From assembly GCA_964573695.1 (NCBI GenBank), contig CAZNKB010000005.1, positions 46,012 through 110,011 of the forward strand: a DNA stretch of 64,000 nt, in the 5' to 3' direction. Origin of the DNA: an uncultured Gammaproteobacteria bacterium. Its GTDB lineage: Bacteria; Patescibacteriota; Microgenomatia; UBA10105; UBA927. A model generated the notes under the pieces. That model saw only the letters and a list, made by a program, of their open reading frames with translations. It was not told the DNA's origin and made no database searches. Position numbers and translations under genes: made by a program. Of the stretch, positions 56,751-64,000 are shown one piece after another. The stretch's first letter is position 1; the number at the start of each line of letters is the position of its first letter.

Positions 56751-56780
56751 TCTCGCGGAGCGAGATCCTGCTCCGCAGGA
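56751..56780. repeat. 30-bp REP-like double mini-hairpin
   Basis: TCTCGCGGAGCGAGA-TCCTGCTCCGCAGGA, same architecture as 54289-54318. Confidence 0.6.
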
Positions 56781-56865
56781 CGCTGGAACAACCATTTTAC
56801 CCCGTTCAGAAATGACCAGCAAGACCTATAGTAGGTCTAACTTTGAGGCTAATTAGCTACGAATA

Positions 56866-57600
56866 CTATTGAATTTCGTAACTCAACGTGACACTTACGC
56901 TAAGCTCAGACGAGCCCGGTTCAACCTGCGTTGGCTCACCGCCCCCGGAGATTGGGAGAGATTTTACGGCATCGTACATCATCGGCCGTGGTGATGACCC
57001 GCCCCCTTCGCTGTAGTTTATGACGCGGCCCAGCTTAAATCCTGCTGCCTTGGCAGCCGCATCGGCTTTTGATTTGGCGTCGGCAACCGCAGCTATCCGT
57101 GCCTGATTTTCTGCCTTTGTTTTGTCATCGACGTCGAAGTGGACGCCCCCAACTTCATTTGCCCCCTGGGTAGTCGCCGCGTCGATCACTCCGTTAACCG
57201 TGTCGATTTTTCGTACTTTTATCGTGAGGTTGGAATTCGCCTGGTACCCGGTGATGCGCTGGGTGGACGAAGAATAATCATAGGTCGGCGAAATATTGTA
57301 ATAACTTGTTTTGATGTCCTTGTCGTCAACACCAAGTTTTTTGACTGCGGCACTTACTGCATTTATTTTGGTATTGAGTTCCTGCTGCACCTTGGTAACG
57401 CTTTGTCCCTGAGCCGTAACTCCCGCGGATACTATGGCGATATCCGGCATCATGGTCACTTTTCCTTCACCCGATACCGAAAACGTATCGCTTTTGGCAG
57501 TCGTGACACTATTTAATGAAAACGGTATGGGACCGGCAAGCTTGGTGTAAGCAAAGAGAAGAACAAAAAAAAGTACTACGGCCCCTGCGGAATCTTTCAT
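56866..57600 (-). CDS. SIMPL (DUF541) domain protein
   Basis: VSGEGKV..PD, DIKT, AVADAKSKA, VEPG. Confidence 0.88.
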   Translation of the reverse strand: MKDSAGAVVLFFVLLFAYTKLAGPIPFSLNSVTTAKSDTFSVSGEGKVTMMPDIAIVSAGVTAQGQSVTKVQQELNTKINAVSAAVKKLGVDDKDIKTSYYNISPTYDYSSSTQRITGYQANSNLTIKVRKIDTVNGVIDAATTQGANEVGGVHFDVDDKTKAENQARIAAVADAKSKADAAAKAAGFKLGRVINYSEGGGSSPRPMMYDAVKSLPISGGGEPTQVEPGSSELSVSVTLSYEIQ

Positions 57601-58457
57601 AGTTTGCCTCCTTGTTTCATCTTACACGCTTTTATGAGATTTTGCATAAGGCAAGCGACATTTACAGGTCCTACCCCTCCCGGTGTCGGCGTATACCAAG
57701 AGGTAATGTCCGCAATATCTTCTTCGTTGTAATCCCCGCGGAGTTTGCCTTGGGCGTCCCGCCACAGCCCGACGCTTATAAGTATGGATCCCGGTTTGAC
57801 CGCTTCTCTGGGTACGACTCCTTCTTTGCCCACGCAGGATATAATAATGTCGCTTTGTTTCAAGATTTCCAAAGGGTTCGGTGTGGATGCATGAATTACA
57901 GACGTCGCACAATCGTTGTTATTGAGATAGCGCCCAATCGGGGCCCCTGCCGTCTCTCCCCTGCCGATGACCGTAATGCGTCGGTGTTGTAACCACCTCA
58001 TATAATTTTTTTCTTCCGGTTGGATATGTTTATATATTGATATTAGGATCTCCCCTACTGCAACAGCGACCGGCACGTCAAAGGGTGAATTCGGTAAAAA
58101 TCCGTCTATGTCCTTTTCCCTGGCGACACTCTCCAATATCCCTTTCGTATCTCCCGTTTGTATAGGAACAGGGCGTTGGATAATGAGACCGTGCACCGCT
58201 TTGTCCTTATTATATTTCCATATCTTTTCGCGAAGATCCTCCACAGTGGTGGCATTGGGCAGGTGGTCAAAATGTATTGCGGCGCCGATCCGCTCTGCTG
58301 CTTTTTGTTTCTGCCGGATATACGCCAAACTCGCCGGATCATCTCCTACGAGGATTACGGCGAGCGTCGGGATCCCCCAGTCCTTCGTGTGCTCGGAAAC
58401 CTCATGGGTCAGTGTGGCTAGAATGGTTTCCGCGAGTGCCTTGCCGTCAAATTTCAT
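57597..58457 (-). CDS. folD: Methylenetetrahydrofolate dehydrogenase/cyclohydrolase
   Basis: DGKALA, LVGDDPAS..Y...K, VHGLIIQ, KDIDG, TPTPGGVGP. Confidence 0.92.
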   Translation of the reverse strand: MKFDGKALAETILATLTHEVSEHTKDWGIPTLAVILVGDDPASLAYIRQKQKAAERIGAAIHFDHLPNATTVEDLREKIWKYNKDKAVHGLIIQRPVPIQTGDTKGILESVAREKDIDGFLPNSPFDVPVAVAVGEILISIYKHIQPEEKNYMRWLQHRRITVIGRGETAGAPIGRYLNNNDCATSVIHASTPNPLEILKQSDIIISCVGKEGVVPREAVKPGSILISVGLWRDAQGKLRGDYNEEDIADITSWYTPTPGGVGPVNVACLMQNLIKACKMKQGGKL

Positions 58458-58539
58458 GATGTGTCCAGTCAGTATAACAAATTCGCGATTGACAGGAGGA
58501 AGAATTTCTTCTTGAATGGTAAGAGAGGAGTTATTTCGT

Positions 58540-59277
58540 ATGGAACATAAATCTGTGAGTATGGCCATTATCGTAAGCGCTGTATTGGTCGTTTCGCTTG
58601 TTGCCATAGGTGGGATGTTTCTTCCTTCCTGGGGTAAGTTCGAGCTTCTCCCTTCCGGCGCCATAACGGTCGTCGGCGAAGCAAAGAGTCAGGAAAAAAG
58701 CCAGATCGCCGTATTTTCTGCAGGAGTGAATGCGTTTAACGACGATAAAACCGTGGCGGTCAATGAGGTAAACAAAAAAGTCGAAGCGATCATCGATGCA
58801 GTCAAGGAGTTTGGTGTGACGAGCGAAGATATCAAGACACAGAGCATGAATATTTATCAAAATCAGGACCAGTATTATGAAGACGGACGACAGAAATATC
58901 GCCCGGGACAATGGAATGTGGGTAATACCGTCGAGATCAAGCTTCGCAATGTGGATCGCGCGGCTTCTTTGGCCGGGGTATTGACCAAAAGCGGAGCGAC
59001 CAATGTGTACGGACCCAATTTTACGTTTGATGACACCAGTGAACAGGCCACCGCGCTTTTGGATGCCGCGTACAAAAACGCACAGGAAAAAGCGGCGAAA
59101 GTGGCACAAAGCACCGAACGCAAGCTGGGTAAAGTCGTTTCCGTTACGGAAGCCGGAGCGTCACAGCAGCCGGTCTTTTATCGCATGGAAGGCGGCGGTG
59201 GAGGCGGCGGAGGTGCAGTGGAACCAGGAAGCGGCACCGTTTCCAAATCAGTAACCGTGACGTTTGAGCTCAAATAA
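58540..59277 (+). CDS. SIMPL (DUF541) domain protein
   Basis: ITVVGEA, DIKT, AQEKA..VA, VEPG; poly-Gly tract. Confidence 0.88.
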   Translation: MEHKSVSMAIIVSAVLVVSLVAIGGMFLPSWGKFELLPSGAITVVGEAKSQEKSQIAVFSAGVNAFNDDKTVAVNEVNKKVEAIIDAVKEFGVTSEDIKTQSMNIYQNQDQYYEDGRQKYRPGQWNVGNTVEIKLRNVDRAASLAGVLTKSGATNVYGPNFTFDDTSEQATALLDAAYKNAQEKAAKVAQSTERKLGKVVSVTEAGASQQPVFYRMEGGGGGGGGAVEPGSGTVSKSVTVTFELK

Positions 59278-59280
59278 TCC

Positions 59281-59676
59281 TTATAAACTTTTAATACGGA
59301 GTTTTCTTGTTCCGCGAATTGTGCCCGAGTGTGGGTGGCTGAATGATTGGTCGCATTCCACAAAGACGACGCTGCGACGATTTGAAACAGAAAGTAGTCC
59401 GTCGAGACTTCGGGCAATGATTCCTCTGCCGATATTGAGTTCAATATTAGAGCTCATTGTCCCGGCGAGAATAACTCGTCCCGAGTGAGTTCGTGAATTA
59501 TAGTCTACGCTAAGAGAAGTATCAGGGTTTAAAAATACCGGCAGTTGTAGTCCTGCATTTATTTTATCTAGTTCCCCAACGTGGTATAAACCACGACGAA
59601 GTCTAAGTACTTCCAGTGGTCTTCGTGTGAAATATAATTGCGAAGCCTCCCGCATGAAAAAGCCGATTTCTATCAT
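59281..59676 (-). CDS. Hypothetical protein
   Basis: ORF directly downstream of gyrA; no motif recognised. Confidence 0.4.
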   Translation of the reverse strand: MIEIGFFMREASQLYFTRRPLEVLRLRRGLYHVGELDKINAGLQLPVFLNPDTSLSVDYNSRTHSGRVILAGTMSSNIELNIGRGIIARSLDGLLSVSNRRSVVFVECDQSFSHPHSGTIRGTRKLRIKSL

Positions 59677-59680
59677 GAAA

Positions 59681-62203
59681 TTATTTGGTGAGGCAGGTGG
59701 CGGCAGCGATCGTATCGTTTTTATCCGTAAATCGCATCAGGATGACCCCGCTCGTCGCTCTCGAGAGCTGCGGGATCGATTTCATAGGGAGTTTGACGAC
59801 CTGGCCTTTGGTTGAGGTGAGGATGACTTCCTCGCTTCCCTCCGGAACCATTTGGGACAATACGATTTTTCCGGTTCTCGGTTTGATTTCTGCGACCTTC
59901 ACTCCCTGCCCGCCACGTTTCTGTTTGGGGAATCCCGTTATGTTCGTTTTCTTTCCAAGGCCTTTTTCCATAAGCGTGAGGAAGTCGGCTTTCTTGTTTT
60001 CGCTTCCGATAACCTCCATGGCCACAGCATAATCACCGGGTTTGAGCAAAATCCCCCGTACTCCCATGGTATCTCTGCCGGTGTGGCGCACTTCGTTTTC
60101 GCTAAAACGGATCGACTTACCTTCGTGCGTGACGAGCAGCACATCGTCATTGCCGCTTGTTAACTTTGCCCAAATCAGTTCATCGCCGGCATCGAGTTTA
60201 ATGGATAATAATCCGTTCCGCCGGATATTTTCGAATTGGGAAAGCTTCGTCTTTTTGACCACGCCTTTTTTGGTAGCCATGAGGATATATTCCAATCCTT
60301 TTTCCTTTTGCTCCGTGCGTTTCAAGCTGTAAGAAAGCATGGAAGTGACTTTTTCCGAGCTTTCTATATTGATGAGGTTGACGACCGCTTGTCCTTTGCT
60401 CTGTCGGCTTGCTTCCGGGATATCCCAGACTCGGACCTGGTAGACTTTGCCTTTTTCGGTGAAAAAGAGCATGTTGTCGTGCGTTTGTGCTGACAGCAGA
60501 CGGTCAATGGCGTCTTCTTCTTTGGTGGTCATGCCGATCACTCCCTTGCCGCCGCGCTCCTGAAGTTTAAACGTACTGCGGGGTACCCGCTTGATGTATC
60601 CGGTTTCCGTCATGGTGATAATCGTCTCTTCGTTCGGGATCAACTGTTCGTCGGAGAGTTCGCCCACGCGGCTTTTGTACACGCGGGTACGTCTGTTATC
60701 GCCATATTTTTCCTTAAGCTTGGTGAGTTCTTCTTTGATTACTTTGAGTATTTTTTCCGGGTGCGCCAACAAATCATTGAGGTAGGATATCGTTTCCCGG
60801 ATCATAGCAAGCTCGTCTTCGATTTTCTGGCGCTCAAGAGCAGCGAGTTTCCGCAGTTGCATATCCAAAATAGCTGTCGCCTGGATATCGGAAAGCTTAA
60901 ATCTGGCCATGAGTTTTTGTTTCGCTTCATCGGCGTCTTTGGCCTTTTTGATGATAGAAATGACTTCATCGATATGATCGACGGCAATCTTGAGACCCTC
61001 CAAGATATGTTCGCGGGCTTTTGCCTCTTTGAGTTCGAATTCACTTCTTCGGTATATGACGTCATGCCGGTGCTTCAAGTATTCCTCCAGAATTTCGCGA
61101 AGCGTGAGCGTCCGAGGTGTGCCGTCGACTAATGCGACGACATTGACCGGGAAGGTTGATTGCAGCTCGGTAAACTTATATAAATTATTGAGTACTTTAT
61201 TCGGCTGTGCGTCGCGTTTGAGTTCGACGACCACCCGAATGCCGCGGCGATCAGATTCATCGCGCAAGTCGGAAATGCCGTCGAGTTTTTTGTCTTTTAC
61301 AAGATCCGCGATTTTGATGACGAGATTGGCTTTGTTTACCTGGTATGGGAGCTCGGTAATGGCAATCATGCTTTTGCCGTTGCCCATTTCTTCGATTTCT
61401 GCCTTGCCCCGCATTACGATTTTACCTCTGCCAGTGGCGTACGCGTTTCTGATTTCGTTCACGTCATAAATCGCTCCCGCAGTCGGAAAATCAGGCCCCT
61501 GTACGTATTGCATGAGGTCCTCAAGCGAGACGTCAAACGTCATGCCAAAGCGTTTGCTTTCCCCGACGTCGTTTTGGGTGGCAACCCCTTTTTTGTCGAT
61601 CGTTGCTTTGCTGATCATAAATATGATCGCATCGACGAGTTCGGACAAATTATGCGGCGGGATTTTTGTAGCCATACCGACGGCGATTCCCTCACTTCCC
61701 ATAAGCAGCAGGTTGGGCAATTTGGCCGGCAGATAGACAGGTTCTGCGATTGATCCGTCGAAGTTCGGTATGAAATCGACCGTTTCCTTCTCGATATCCA
61801 GAAGCATTTCATCGGCGATAGAATCCAAACGGCACTCCGTGTACCGCATGGCAGCCGGCGGATCTCCGTCGATACTACCGAAGTTGCCCTGCCCGTCCAC
61901 CAAGGTGTACCGCATGGAAAAATCCTGCGCCAATCTCACTAATGCTTCGTAGACAGAGGAGTCCCCGTGCGGGTGGTATTTGCCCAGGACTTCTCCGACT
62001 ACGGTAGCGCTTTTTTTGTATTTGCCGCTGTGATGAAGGCCCGTCTGATGCATTGCAAACAAAATCCTCCGATGTACCGGTTTTAATCCGTCACGTGCGT
62101 CGGGGAGAGCGCGAGCCACGATGACGGACATCGCATAGTCCATGTAGGACTTTTGCATTTCCTCGACGATCTCACTAGGTTGGATTTTGCCAATGGCTGC
62201 CAT
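59681..62203 (-). CDS. gyrA: DNA gyrase subunit A
   Basis: [22 protein letters not shown] catalytic Tyr, GyrA-box QERGGKG. Confidence 0.97.
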   Translation of the reverse strand: MAAIGKIQPSEIVEEMQKSYMDYAMSVIVARALPDARDGLKPVHRRILFAMHQTGLHHSGKYKKSATVVGEVLGKYHPHGDSSVYEALVRLAQDFSMRYTLVDGQGNFGSIDGDPPAAMRYTECRLDSIADEMLLDIEKETVDFIPNFDGSIAEPVYLPAKLPNLLLMGSEGIAVGMATKIPPHNLSELVDAIIFMISKATIDKKGVATQNDVGESKRFGMTFDVSLEDLMQYVQGPDFPTAGAIYDVNEIRNAYATGRGKIVMRGKAEIEEMGNGKSMIAITELPYQVNKANLVIKIADLVKDKKLDGISDLRDESDRRGIRVVVELKRDAQPNKVLNNLYKFTELQSTFPVNVVALVDGTPRTLTLREILEEYLKHRHDVIYRRSEFELKEAKAREHILEGLKIAVDHIDEVISIIKKAKDADEAKQKLMARFKLSDIQATAILDMQLRKLAALERQKIEDELAMIRETISYLNDLLAHPEKILKVIKEELTKLKEKYGDNRRTRVYKSRVGELSDEQLIPNEETIITMTETGYIKRVPRSTFKLQERGGKGVIGMTTKEEDAIDRLLSAQTHDNMLFFTEKGKVYQVRVWDIPEASRQSKGQAVVNLINIESSEKVTSMLSYSLKRTEQKEKGLEYILMATKKGVVKKTKLSQFENIRRNGLLSIKLDAGDELIWAKLTSGNDDVLLVTHEGKSIRFSENEVRHTGRDTMGVRGILLKPGDYAVAMEVIGSENKKADFLTLMEKGLGKKTNITGFPKQKRGGQGVKVAEIKPRTGKIVLSQMVPEGSEEVILTSTKGQVVKLPMKSIPQLSRATSGVILMRFTDKNDTIAAATCLTK

Positions 62204-62206
62204 AGG

Positions 62207-62725
62207 TTATGTGTGCGCAATGCCGTCCATGATTTCTTTTTGGGCGACTGATTTCCCCTTCCACTCCTTGAGTTTGACCCATTTGCCGGGTTCAAGTTCT
62301 TTATAGTGTTCAAAGAAATGTTTGATTTTTGCTTTGGTGGGTTCCGGAATGTCGCTCAGGTCCTTCATCGCGCCGTATATCGGGTCAGATTTTTCGCTTG
62401 GGACGGCTATGACTTTCATATCAATGCCGGATTCGTCTTCCATTTCGAGCATGGCAATCGGGATGACGTTTACCATGACGCCGGGATAAAGCGGTTGGCT
62501 ACAAAGCACTATGACATCGACCGGATCCCCGTCTCCGGACTTCGTGTTCGGAACAAATCCGTAATTTGCCGGATATCCCATGGTGGTCCGGACAAACCGG
62601 TCAACCATGATCACTTCGGCTTCTTTGTCCATTTCGTATTTCACCATGCATCCCTCGGGAATTTCGATGATGACATTTATGTCTTCTGGCGGATTTTTTC
62701 CTGGTGTAATGGTTGATAGTTTCAT
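62207..62725 (-). CDS. ppa: Family I inorganic pyrophosphatase
   Basis: [29 protein letters not shown]. Confidence 0.95.
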   Translation of the reverse strand: MKLSTITPGKNPPEDINVIIEIPEGCMVKYEMDKEAEVIMVDRFVRTTMGYPANYGFVPNTKSGDGDPVDVIVLCSQPLYPGVMVNVIPIAMLEMEDESGIDMKVIAVPSEKSDPIYGAMKDLSDIPEPTKAKIKHFFEHYKELEPGKWVKLKEWKGKSVAQKEIMDGIAHT

Positions 62726-62749
62726 AAGTTTCCTCCTTTATGAGAGAAA

Positions 62750-64000
<1,251 letters not shown>

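Noticed and set aside
59190-59215. GGC/GGA run as a contingency repeat
   Set aside because: Mixed Gly codons encoding a normal SIMPL linker

Overview
This 64-kb window reads as chromosome of a small-genome bacterium using genetic code 11. The gene content suggests a CPR/Patescibacteria (Microgenomates-like) organism; that assignment is inference. Most genes are housekeeping: recR, cysS, dus, ychF-rpsF-ssb-rpsR, prfA, rpmE, hisS, dnaB, tRNA-Leu(CAA), tgt, yebC, a Xer recombinase, folD, gyrA, ppa and gyrB. A form III-like RuBisCO sits next to a ribose-1,5-bisphosphate isomerase. The main finding is a ~7.8-kb AT-rich element (17757-25562) integrated by a large serine recombinase (LSR) into codon 6 of ychF, with both junctions readable. 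The reconstructed attP is a symmetric 26+GG+26 bp site that lies inside the recombinase ORF. The integrase therefore has a 13-aa tail when integrated and a different in-frame 53-aa tail when excised. The same attP arm gives the host ychF a replacement start codon. The element carries a lone small terminase (satellite-like), a Panacea/RelE-like toxin-antitoxin pair and a secreted nuclease. Other notable signals: a YerC/TrpR-like operator pair and a His-His leader peptide ahead of a TSG-type ammonia-lyase/hisS operon; a release factor 1 lacking domain 1; a 58-bp tandem repeat that copies the 5' end of tRNA-Leu; and a 1.2-kb non-coding region with iterated AGCCTCA motifs, many hairpins and a dif-like 11-6-11 palindrome near the Xer gene. 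All calls are by eye from motifs; no database searches were run.
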